50,844 bases of DNA from Armatimonadota bacterium (GTDB taxonomy: Bacteria; Armatimonadota; UBA10988). The position numbers and the translations under genes were made by a program. This document shows positions 40,618-49,386 of the stretch, piece after piece (the first letter of the stretch is position 1; each line of letters starts with the position of its first letter). Below the pieces are notes generated by a model. That model did not search any database. It saw only the letters and a program-made list of their open reading frames with translations, and was not told where the DNA came from. The stretch is taken from contig JACRKZ010000121.1 of the NCBI GenBank assembly GCA_016235455.1, forward strand, positions 1-50,844, written 5' to 3'.

Positions 40618-40649
40618 CCCTTGGCCCCCACGGCCAAGGGCGGTACAAT
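40618..40649 (+). promoter_or_regulatory. sigma70 promoter overlapped by a 9-bp palindrome
   Basis: TTGGCC-17-TACAAT; CCCTTGGCC-CCCAC-GGCCAAGGG covers the -35 and spacer. Confidence 0.5.
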
Positions 40650-40667
40650 CGGGATCTGGAGGAAGCT

Positions 40668-41786
40668 GTGAGCCACACCACCGGACGTTACTTCGAGGCG
40701 TTGCGGCAGGTCGTCGGTCAGTTCCCGGTCTTCGGCGAGGTCATCCACGCCCAGCCCTATGGAACCGGTCACATCAACGAGACGTATGCGGTGACCGTTG
40801 AGCAGGGCCGGGCCAAGATCCGCTACATCCTGCAGCGGATCAACGAGAACGTGTTCCGCGACATTCCCGCGGTGCAGGAGAACATCGGCCGAGTGACCGA
40901 GCATATCCGCGAGAAGCTGCTGGCGACGCGAGCCAGTGACATCTCCGGCCGGGTGTTGCGGTTCCTGCCGGCGGCCGATGGCCGCAACTACACGCAGGAC
41001 CAGGATGGGGGCTACTGGAGGCTGTGCCCGCTCATCGAGCGGTCGCGCACCTTCGACATCCTGGAGAGCGCGCAACAAGCGGAGCTGGTGGCCAAGGCGT
41101 TCGGCCATTTCCAACTGCAACTCGCCGACCTCGATGCCTCGCTGCTGCACGAAACGATCCCCAACTTCCACGACGGGCCCAGCCGCATGGCGGCCTTCCG
41201 TGTGGCGTTGGAGCTGGATGCGCACAACCGCGCCGCCGAATGCGCCGAGGAGATCGCCTTCCTGTTGGAACATGCCTGGGTCTTCGACGTGTTCCCCAAG
41301 GCGCTGGCCGAGGGACGCGTGCCGCTGCGCATCACGCACAACGACACCAAGGTCAACAACGTGATGTTCGATGACGAGTCTGGCCAGGCCATCTGCGTCA
41401 TCGACCTGGACACGGTCATGCCGGGCCTGGCGCTATACGACTTCGGCGATATGGTGCGCACAGGCACCAACACCGCCGCCGAGGATGAGCGCGACCTGCG
41501 TCGAGTGTCCATGGACATCGCGCTATTCGAGGCGCTGGCGCGCGGCTACTGGGCCACCGCCTGCGGGTTCCTCAACCGCGCCGAACGCGACCACTTGGTC
41601 TTCGCGGGCAAGATGCTCACGCTGATCATCGGGACGCGCTTCCTGACCGACCATCTCAACGGTGACACCTACTTCCGCATCCATCGGCCAGGCCACAACC
41701 TGGACCGCTGCCGCACCCAGTTCCGACTGGTGGAATCCATCACGCGGCAGGAGGAGGCCATGGCGGCCATTGTCGAATCTCTGTAG
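40668..41786 (+). CDS. APH-fold sugar kinase, N-acetylhexosamine 1-kinase (NahK)-like
   Basis: GHINETY, YILQRIN, ETIPNFH, HNDTKVNN, IDLDTVMPG...DFGDMVR, RFLTDHLNGD.YF, HNLDR. Confidence 0.85.
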   Translation: MSHTTGRYFEALRQVVGQFPVFGEVIHAQPYGTGHINETYAVTVEQGRAKIRYILQRINENVFRDIPAVQENIGRVTEHIREKLLATRASDISGRVLRFLPAADGRNYTQDQDGGYWRLCPLIERSRTFDILESAQQAELVAKAFGHFQLQLADLDASLLHETIPNFHDGPSRMAAFRVALELDAHNRAAECAEEIAFLLEHAWVFDVFPKALAEGRVPLRITHNDTKVNNVMFDDESGQAICVIDLDTVMPGLALYDFGDMVRTGTNTAAEDERDLRRVSMDIALFEALARGYWATACGFLNRAERDHLVFAGKMLTLIIGTRFLTDHLNGDTYFRIHRPGHNLDRCRTQFRLVESITRQEEAMAAIVESL

Positions 41787-41838
41787 TGACGGTGTGGGAC
41801 GGCCGGGCTCGGTGCGTTCCGACGGAGGTATCTCTAGC

Positions 41839-43071
41839 ATGAGCACGCTGCGCAAGCAGGCCCAGGATCTCCTGGTCGCCCAACTGACCGACCGTGGTCT
41901 CGACGTCGAGGCCATCAAGACCCGGCTCCGCAACCAGGTCATCGAGACCCCGAGCTGGGGCTATGCCAACAGCGGCACGCGGTTTGGCGCCTTCCGCCAG
42001 CCCGGCGCGGCCGGATCCATCGCCGAGAAGATCGCCGATGCGGGCCAGGTCCATAAGTTCACGGGTGTGGCGCCCAAGGTGGCCATGCACGTGCTGTGGG
42101 ACCTGCCCAATGATGAGGCCCTGGCCAGCGTCCCGGCCGCAGCCGCCGAGGCCGGCGTCTCCATCGGCTCGATCAACCCCAACGTCTTCCAGGACCAGGC
42201 CTACAAGCTCGGCAGCCTGTGCAGCCCGTTCGCCGGGGTGCGCAAGCAGGCGGTAGACCACTGCCTCGAGTCCATTGAGATCGGCCGCCAGGTCGACTCG
42301 AAGGTGCTCAGCATGTGGCTGGCCGACGGGACCAGCTTTCCCGGCCAGGACGACCTGATCGACCGCAAGCATCGCCTGCTCGACAGCCTGCGCACCCTCT
42401 ACGATGCGCTGCCGGCCGACATGACCATGCTCATCGAGTACAAGTTCTTCGAGCCGGCGTTCTACGCCACCGACCTGCCCGACTGGGGCATGTCCATGCT
42501 CATGTGCCAGAAGCTCGGCGCGCAGGCCAAGGTGCTGGTCGACCTCGGCCACCATGCCCAGGGCGTCAACATCGAGCAGATCGTGGCCAACCTGATCGAC
42601 GAAGACATGCTCGGCGGCTTCCACTTCAACAACCGCAAGTACGCCGACGACGACCTCACCGTGGCCAGCACCAACCCGTATGAGTTCTTCCTCATCTACA
42701 ACGAGTTGGCGGCGGCCGAGGAGCGGCCCAACGCTCCGCACATCGAGTACATGATCGACCAGTCGCACAACATCAAGTCCAAGATCGCCGAGATGATCCA
42801 GACGGTCATGAACATCCAGACGGCCTATGCCAAGGCCATGCTGGTGGACCGCGGCGCACTGAAGGCGGCGCAACTCGCCGGCGACGTGCAAGGCGCGGAG
42901 CTCTGCCTGGTCAGCGCCTACGAGACCGACGTACGACCGCTGGTCGGGCTCGTGCGCGAGGAGATGGGGCTGGATCCCGAGCCGCTCAAGGCGTTCGCCG
43001 CCAGCGGCTACCAGGCCAAGGTCGACGCCGAGCGGGCCAACCGCGTGGACGCCGGTGGCTTGGGCCAGTAG
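41839..43071 (+). CDS. rhaI: L-rhamnose isomerase (RhaI type)
   Basis: ETPSWGYANSGTRF, HVLWD, INPNVFQD, EYKFFEPAFY.TDLPDWG, VDLGHH, FHFNNRKYADDDL, MIDQSHN. Confidence 0.88.
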   Translation: MSTLRKQAQDLLVAQLTDRGLDVEAIKTRLRNQVIETPSWGYANSGTRFGAFRQPGAAGSIAEKIADAGQVHKFTGVAPKVAMHVLWDLPNDEALASVPAAAAEAGVSIGSINPNVFQDQAYKLGSLCSPFAGVRKQAVDHCLESIEIGRQVDSKVLSMWLADGTSFPGQDDLIDRKHRLLDSLRTLYDALPADMTMLIEYKFFEPAFYATDLPDWGMSMLMCQKLGAQAKVLVDLGHHAQGVNIEQIVANLIDEDMLGGFHFNNRKYADDDLTVASTNPYEFFLIYNELAAAEERPNAPHIEYMIDQSHNIKSKIAEMIQTVMNIQTAYAKAMLVDRGALKAAQLAGDVQGAELCLVSAYETDVRPLVGLVREEMGLDPEPLKAFAASGYQAKVDAERANRVDAGGLGQ

Positions 43072-43080
43072 GGCCGTACC

Positions 43081-43911
43081 ATGAGTGATGACGCGGCCAC
43101 ACCGACACCTGCCGTTCGCCGGCCGTCGCTGTGGCCGCGTCTCCTTGTGGGCCTTGTGGTCGGCCAACTGCTGGCCGTGGCCTCCACCAGCATCTCGCTG
43201 ACTCCGCCCTGGAGCCTGGCGCCAGCCACCTGGTGGCTGTGCCCCCTGCTGCTGGCGCTCATGCTGGCCGGCCCGCGCTGGGTGCGCGGCCTGGCTTGGG
43301 GCTGGGTGGGCATTGTGGCCATGCTCACCGCGGTCATTTGCTGGACGAACGTCACCGATGTGTTGCTGGCCAAGCTGACCGTGGACGACGGCGCAGCGCC
43401 GGCGGATGTCATCGTGGTGCTCAGCGCCTCGACCACGCCCACGCAGCTCTCGCCCAACTCGCTCGACCGGATGCTGCATGGCGTGCAGTTGCTGCAAGCT
43501 GGCACCGCGCCGGCCATCACCTTCACTGGCGAGCCCGGTTGCTCGCTGAACCGCTTCAGCGAGCTCGCGCCGGAGACCATGACCAAGCTGGGCATCGCTA
43601 CCGATCGGGTCGTCGCCTTCGAGGCGCGGACCGGCCACCATCCGCTCAACACGCGCGGCGAGGCGCTCTCGGTCGCCGATATGGTGCGCCGCCATGGCTG
43701 GAGGTCGGTCCTGGTGGTCACCTCGGCCAGCCACACGCTGCGCACCAAGCTGACTTTCCTCAAGGCCGGTGTGCCGGCGCGCGTCGTGCCGTGCCCCTCG
43801 GTCGTGTCGGCGGGCGGCGTCGGCGTTCGCGGGCGGCGCCTGCGCGCCTTCACGCCCATCCCCTACGAGTGCGCGGCCCTGCTCATGTACCGCATGCACG
43901 GCTGGCTGTAG
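43081..43911 (+). CDS. YdcF/DUF218 (ElyC/SanA-like) membrane protein
   Basis: Three N-terminal TM segments; ADVIVVL, DRMLHG..L, NTRGEA, LVVTSASHTLR. Confidence 0.82.
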   Translation: MSDDAATPTPAVRRPSLWPRLLVGLVVGQLLAVASTSISLTPPWSLAPATWWLCPLLLALMLAGPRWVRGLAWGWVGIVAMLTAVICWTNVTDVLLAKLTVDDGAAPADVIVVLSASTTPTQLSPNSLDRMLHGVQLLQAGTAPAITFTGEPGCSLNRFSELAPETMTKLGIATDRVVAFEARTGHHPLNTRGEALSVADMVRRHGWRSVLVVTSASHTLRTKLTFLKAGVPARVVPCPSVVSAGGVGVRGRRLRAFTPIPYECAALLMYRMHGWL

Positions 43912-43912
43912 G

Positions 43913-46069
43913 CTACTTGGCCGCTGGCTTGGGCGCCGCCGCAGGCGGGACAGCCGGGGCCGGCTTGGGCGCGGACGGCGGGTCGAACGTCAGCAACTCG
44001 CCGTTGGGCCGGAGCAGTCGGATGACGAAGCCCCAGTCGCCCTGTTCCTGCAGCACCTTGGCGAGCAGCCGGTTGCGGCCCGGCCGCAACCTCACGTTCA
44101 CCGTATCCTGGTCTGGAACCAGCGACCGTGCCGGCTCCACGCAGTAGACCTCGTCGCCGTTGAGCCAGAGGATGCAGCCATCGTCGGAGCCGACGCGCAA
44201 CTGCGCGTCCTGCGCGGCGTGCACGGTGATCTCGGTGTAGGCGTACACCGCCACCTCGGTGTTCGGCGTGAACAGCGGCAGCAGGTTGCAGATGCCCGAC
44301 GGGTCGTTGATCGGCTGCCAGCGCCAACGCAGTTGCTTGCCGTCCACGGGCACCGGCGCGGCGACGTTGACTTCCTTCTCGGGCGCGTAGGACTGGTGCG
44401 CGGCAGCGTTGTTGTTGTTGGCGAAGGTGCCCAGCAACCACCAGCGCGTCAGGCAGCCGCGCTCGCGCGCCGGCTCGGGAATCACGTCGAGTTCCGCCAA
44501 CCGGGCCGAGGCCAACGGGCTGAGCTGGCGGTCGCCGCCGGCGAGGATGGCCTGGAAGACGGCGATAGCTTCCTTGCGCTTGCCCTTGGCGGACAACTGC
44601 TCGCCGATGGCCAGCGCCACCTCGCCGGCGGCCGGGCCGAGCACCTGATGGCGCACCATCGGCTCCACCACCGGCCACAGCTCCGGGCTGGCCACCGGCG
44701 TGAGCAGAGTCAGGCCCAACACGCGCAACGCATCGTTGTCGGCCAGCCGCAGGCCCTGCAGCAGCGCCGCGCGACCGGCGTCGGGGTCCTTGGCGCAGAG
44801 CCGGCCGCCGACCAGCAGCAGCGCGCGCGCCGTGAGTGTGCGCAGGTCGCCCTGCTCCTTCTCCCACTGCGCGGCCAGCGGCTTGATCGCCGCGGCGGAG
44901 CCGTGCCGACCCAGCGCCAGCAGCACCGCGCGCCGCACGGCGGCATCGGTGCTGTCGAGCAGGGAGACGAAGACCGGTGTGGCCTTGTCCTCGGCGCGCT
45001 CGGCCAAGGCCAGCACCAGCGCCATCTGCGTCTCAGGCTTGGCCTGCGGCAGCGCGACCGCCAATTTGTCCGTGACTTCGGGGCCTTCCAGCCCGGCCAG
45101 CACCTGCCGCGCATGTTGGCGGACGGCGGCCGACGCGTGCTCCAAATCGGCCACGAGCCGAGTCACGGCGGCGCCGCTGGACACCTGGGCCAGCGCGCTC
45201 AGGGCGGCGCAGTGGTAGTGCGGGGTCAGCCCGCTAGTCAGCCAGCCGGTCAGCTTGGCGGCGGCGGCGGCTTTGTCCTCCAGCCGCGGCACGAGGTCCA
45301 GCAGCGCATCGATGGCGGCATCGCGGCGGCGGGCGTCGCGGTTGGTCCACAGCGCCTCCAGCGCCGGCACCACCTGCGGGTCGCCGATCAGGCGTAGCGC
45401 CTCGATGGCGGCCAGTGCGGTCTGGGTGCGCCGCTCGCCGAGCCGTCCGACGATCATGGGCAGCGCCTCGCGGTCGCCCTTGGCGCCCAGCGCCACCACC
45501 AGCGCGTTGGTCCAGCCGGCATCGCTGTTGGTTAGCAACGCCGCCTGCAGCCCGCGCCGCAGGGCGCGCAGGCTGTCGGTGCCCGGTATGGTGACCAGCG
45601 CGCGCCGCGCGGGCTCGCGCCACAGGGGCTCGGCCAGCAGGCTCTCCAGGGCGGCCACGGCGTCGGGTGTGCCCTGGCGCGCGCACAGGTCGAGTAGCAG
45701 GCGCTTGACGGCATCGGCAGGCCCAGGGTTGGCCTCGAGCGCGGTGGCGACGGCCTTGACCAGCTTGGCCCGACGCGGCCCGACGGCCGAACCGATGAGG
45801 TAGTCCAGCACCCGCATGGCCGCGCGCGCCGTGGCCTGGTCGCCGGCGGCGGCGAGGTCCAGCAGTACCGGCACGTTTTCTGGCCCCAGCAGCCCAATGC
45901 ACGGCTGCACTTCGCCCCACTGCTCGGCGCGAATGGCCACACGCGCGACGATCTGGTCGGCCGGCATGGGCTCAACACCGGGCTTGGGCGCGTCTTGCGC
46001 GGCGAGCGCGCTGGCCACCAGCAGCGCCGCGCCGACGAGCCATGGTGACCAGAGGGGCTTACCACGCAT
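43913..46069 (-). CDS. secreted HEAT-repeat protein with C-terminal PA14-like domain
   Basis: Signal peptide; many HEAT_2-type units (e.g. AAIEALRLIGDPQVVPAL, VRRAVLLALGRHG); C-terminal WWLLGTF...GSDDGCILWLNG...GRNRLLAKV.Q..GDWGF. Confidence 0.78.
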   Translation of the reverse strand: MRGKPLWSPWLVGAALLVASALAAQDAPKPGVEPMPADQIVARVAIRAEQWGEVQPCIGLLGPENVPVLLDLAAAGDQATARAAMRVLDYLIGSAVGPRRAKLVKAVATALEANPGPADAVKRLLLDLCARQGTPDAVAALESLLAEPLWREPARRALVTIPGTDSLRALRRGLQAALLTNSDAGWTNALVVALGAKGDREALPMIVGRLGERRTQTALAAIEALRLIGDPQVVPALEALWTNRDARRRDAAIDALLDLVPRLEDKAAAAAKLTGWLTSGLTPHYHCAALSALAQVSSGAAVTRLVADLEHASAAVRQHARQVLAGLEGPEVTDKLAVALPQAKPETQMALVLALAERAEDKATPVFVSLLDSTDAAVRRAVLLALGRHGSAAAIKPLAAQWEKEQGDLRTLTARALLLVGGRLCAKDPDAGRAALLQGLRLADNDALRVLGLTLLTPVASPELWPVVEPMVRHQVLGPAAGEVALAIGEQLSAKGKRKEAIAVFQAILAGGDRQLSPLASARLAELDVIPEPARERGCLTRWWLLGTFANNNNAAAHQSYAPEKEVNVAAPVPVDGKQLRWRWQPINDPSGICNLLPLFTPNTEVAVYAYTEITVHAAQDAQLRVGSDDGCILWLNGDEVYCVEPARSLVPDQDTVNVRLRPGRNRLLAKVLQEQGDWGFVIRLLRPNGELLTFDPPSAPKPAPAVPPAAAPKPAAK

Positions 46070-47324
46070 AGGGCGCCCTCGGCACACGGGACAGCAGGCG
46101 GTCGGCTTCGGTGTCATCCACGAAGCGCTCCTTGGCGCCGTCCCAGGTCAGTCTGCGGCCGACGCGCAGGGCCACATTGCCCAGTTGGCTGGCGGTGGTG
46201 CTGGCATGGCCGACAGCGGCGTTGCAGGTCGGTTGCTCGCGGGTGCTCACGCACTCCAGGAACTCGTCCATCTGGCCCCTGACGCGCGGCAACTCGAAGT
46301 CGGCCGGGCCAATGGGCGCCACGCGCAAATCCTCGGGCAGGACGCGGAAACCGTTGCGGTTGACGAACAGCTTGCCGCGCGAGCCATAGAACATCACGCC
46401 GTACTCCTCGTCGGGCAGGCCGCGGAAGCTGTTCTGGCTCCAACCCAGGTGGTAACTGGGATACTCATAGGTGACGTCCATGACGATGGGCGTCTCGAAG
46501 CTGCTGGTGGCGTCGAACACGCCGCTGGCCTCCACGGTCCGCGGCCGGTCGTCGCCCATGGCCCAGTGCGCCAGATCGATCAGATGCACACCCCAGTCGG
46601 CCATCATGCCGCCGCCATAGTCCCAGTACCAACGCCAGTTGGTGTGGCAGCGCAGGTTGTTGTAGGGCGACCACGGGGCCGGGCCCAACCAGCGGTCCCA
46701 GTCGAGGCCCGGCGGTGGCGCGCTGTCGGGAACGGGCCTGGCCGCGCCGCCGCCGCCCTTCCAGCAGCGGCACAGCTCCACCTTGCCCAGCCGGCCCGAG
46801 CGCACCAACTCCACCACCGTGCGGACATGCCCGATGGCGCGTTGCTGCAGACCGACCTGCACGATGCGGCCGAAGCGCTGCGCGGTTTCGACGATCTGCC
46901 GACCCTCGCTGACGGTCTGCGCCAACGGCTTCTCGATGTAGACATCCTTGCCTGCGCGCAGCGCGCGCAGCGCGATGGGCGCGTGCCAATGGTCGGGCGT
47001 GGCGATGACCACGGCGTCGAGGGTCTCACTGCTGAGCAACTCGCGGTAGTCGGTATAGCCTTGCGGCCGGCGCGGCGTGCGCTCAACCAACTGGCGCAGG
47101 CGCTCGCTGTCCACATCGCACACCGCGCGCACCTCGGCGCGACGCAGGCGCGAGAGCTGGTCCACGTGGAACGAGCCCATCGCGCCCAGGCCGATGACCG
47201 CCACGGCAACGCGGTCGTTGGGGCCGGGCTGAGCCCGGAGCGACCGCCCCAGGCTCAAGCCCATGCCCACGGCCGACACGCGCCGCAGGAACGCTCGCCG
47301 ATCCATCTGCCAGGCTTCCGACAT
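46059..47324 (-). CDS. Tat-exported Gfo/Idh/MocA family oxidoreductase
   Basis: DRRAFL Tat signal; IGLGAMG, ATPDHWH, GKDVYIEKP, QVGLQQR, WDRWLGPAP, MADWGVH. Confidence 0.92.
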   Translation of the reverse strand: MSEAWQMDRRAFLRRVSAVGMGLSLGRSLRAQPGPNDRVAVAVIGLGAMGSFHVDQLSRLRRAEVRAVCDVDSERLRQLVERTPRRPQGYTDYRELLSSETLDAVVIATPDHWHAPIALRALRAGKDVYIEKPLAQTVSEGRQIVETAQRFGRIVQVGLQQRAIGHVRTVVELVRSGRLGKVELCRCWKGGGGAARPVPDSAPPPGLDWDRWLGPAPWSPYNNLRCHTNWRWYWDYGGGMMADWGVHLIDLAHWAMGDDRPRTVEASGVFDATSSFETPIVMDVTYEYPSYHLGWSQNSFRGLPDEEYGVMFYGSRGKLFVNRNGFRVLPEDLRVAPIGPADFELPRVRGQMDEFLECVSTREQPTCNAAVGHASTTASQLGNVALRVGRRLTWDGAKERFVDDTEADRLLSRVPRAPYAW

Positions 47325-47331
47325 CAACCGC

Positions 47332-49368
47332 TCACCTCGGCAGCGCGAACTTCACGCCGTCCAGCCCACCTTGCTCACTGCCGAAGCGGACCGCCAGCGA
47401 CCAGTCGCCGCCGCCCTGGTCCACCTTCACCAGCATCGTGTTGGCACCCTCGCGCAGCGAGATGGTAGCGCGGTCACCGTCGCGATTGAGGCCGCGATCA
47501 CCCTTGGCGTCGTGTACCAGCTTGCCGTTGAGCCAGACCTTGCAGCCATCGTCGCTGCCCAGGCGCATCTGCACGTCCATCGCCTTCGGCGCCTCGATCA
47601 CCGCCCAGGCGTAGCCCAGGCAGTTGTCCTTGGAGGCGATGACATTGCGGAAGTTGAGCAACCCGTCGTCGCCCGCCTTGGCCGGCTTCCAGCTCGCCTT
47701 GCCGCCCTGACCGTCATAGGAGGCCGTCGCCACCGGGTTGGCTTCGGGGCCGAAGTCCTTGTCGTGATCGCGGTCGAACGGGCCGAGCACGAGCCAATCG
47801 CGGATGTACGGCGTCATGTAGCCCTTGAGGTCGAGGCCAGGCAGCTTGGCCGTGACTTCGTTGGCCGCGTTGGCCACGTTGTTGTCCTTGTCGAACAGCC
47901 GCGGCGCGATGAGCCCGCCAGCTTCGGCGCGGCCCGAGGCGCCCACCGCCCGCACGGCCGCCGCCCGGACGTTGCCGTCGGCATGGGTCAGCAGCGACCG
48001 CAAAATGGCGAACACCTCATCGCGGCCGGCCATGGCCGACAGCCGCTCGACGATGACCGGCAGCAAGGCACGAGAGGCATCGGTCGGGTTCTTGGCGGCG
48101 TCGATCAGGACCGCGGCGATGCGCTCGTCCTTGCGGCCCATGAGCGCGGTCAGCGCGGTGCGCAGCGTGGCGGCGTCGGCCGACTTGACCATGGTCAGCA
48201 GCGCGTCGGTCACGGTCGGCGTGTCGATGCCAGCCAGCACCTCGACCGCCGCCGCGCGCACGTCGGCCTGCTCGTGGCGCAGCGCGGCCAGCAGGACCTT
48301 CTCAGCCTCCGGCCCACCCTTACGGCCCACCGCCGTCACCGCGGCGCGGCGGATCTCGGTGGCGCCGTCGTTGAGCAACGGCACCAGACCGGCCGCCACG
48401 ACGCGCTTGCTACGACCCATGGCGTTGACCGCCGCCAGCCGCAAGTCCAGCGGCTGACCGGCCGCGACGTACTTGGCGATGGCGTCGGCCGCCGCCGCGG
48501 AGTCGATGGCGCCCAGCGCCCGCACCGGCTCGCCGCGCAGCGCGTCGGGCCGCTTGCCGACCATGTCGACCAGGCCCTTCACGTCGCCGGCCTTGGTCTT
48601 CTTCACGATGGCCTCATCCGACTGCCAGTCGAGCTTGGCCAGCCACTTGGCCATGCCGATGATCTGTTGGTGCATGCGCGGGTCGGCAAAGGCACCGTCG
48701 TGGTGGCCGAACCCGTTGTAGATCATGCGGCCCTGGCCGACATCCTTGCACCAGGCATTGGCATAGTAGAGGTCGGGCCGCACACCAGCGCCGCGGCTGG
48801 CATCGACCGAGCTGTTGTCGAGGCTGACCAGGACGTGCTGCTTGGTCTTGTCGAAGTCGCGGAAGACGTAGATCTCCTCGAGGAACTCGAACGACGGCGC
48901 CAGGTCGGCGAAGGCGGGATGGTCCGGGTCTTCCACCTTGAACCGCGCCACCTGGTTCCACGGATGCCCCGCGAAGTAACCGCCCAGCAGCTTGCCGTAG
49001 TCGGCCCAGTCGTAGTAGGTGTCGGTGGCGCTATGGAAGCCGGCGAAGCCGCCACCGTTGTTGATCCAATCGAGGAGGCCCTGCTTGGCCGCGGCGCTGA
49101 GGCCCAAGTCGCCCGTGGTGTAGAAGAAGATCAGGTCCCACTGGCCGATGTTGCCCGGCGCCAGATCGCCGATGTCCTCGGAAATCTTGGTCGTCCACAG
49201 GCCGGTCTGCTTGCCGACCGCATCCAGCGTGCGCCCGCACGGACCGACCGAACTATGTGCAAAGCCCTTGCTCAGGCCCAGGTACAGCATCTTCAGCGGC
49301 GGCTCCTTGGCCGTCGCGGCGCTCATCACCAGGCTTAAGCCCAGCAGGCAGCCAATCAGCTTCCTCAT
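47332..49368 (-). CDS. secreted ThuA-domain + HEAT repeats + PA14-like domain protein
   Basis: Signal peptide; ThuA motifs GFAHSS, GFAGFHSATDT, GGYFAGHPW, EEIY.F, AWCKDVGQGRMIYNGFGH; HEAT units; GSDDGCKVWLNG. Confidence 0.82.
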   Translation of the reverse strand: MRKLIGCLLGLSLVMSAATAKEPPLKMLYLGLSKGFAHSSVGPCGRTLDAVGKQTGLWTTKISEDIGDLAPGNIGQWDLIFFYTTGDLGLSAAAKQGLLDWINNGGGFAGFHSATDTYYDWADYGKLLGGYFAGHPWNQVARFKVEDPDHPAFADLAPSFEFLEEIYVFRDFDKTKQHVLVSLDNSSVDASRGAGVRPDLYYANAWCKDVGQGRMIYNGFGHHDGAFADPRMHQQIIGMAKWLAKLDWQSDEAIVKKTKAGDVKGLVDMVGKRPDALRGEPVRALGAIDSAAAADAIAKYVAAGQPLDLRLAAVNAMGRSKRVVAAGLVPLLNDGATEIRRAAVTAVGRKGGPEAEKVLLAALRHEQADVRAAAVEVLAGIDTPTVTDALLTMVKSADAATLRTALTALMGRKDERIAAVLIDAAKNPTDASRALLPVIVERLSAMAGRDEVFAILRSLLTHADGNVRAAAVRAVGASGRAEAGGLIAPRLFDKDNNVANAANEVTAKLPGLDLKGYMTPYIRDWLVLGPFDRDHDKDFGPEANPVATASYDGQGGKASWKPAKAGDDGLLNFRNVIASKDNCLGYAWAVIEAPKAMDVQMRLGSDDGCKVWLNGKLVHDAKGDRGLNRDGDRATISLREGANTMLVKVDQGGGDWSLAVRFGSEQGGLDGVKFALPR

Positions 49369-49386
49369 CCCATCACTCCTCCGACC

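Noticed and set aside
40668-41786. Aminoglycoside resistance kinase
   Set aside because: The motifs match the NahK-like sugar kinase subgroup, and the context is sugar metabolism.
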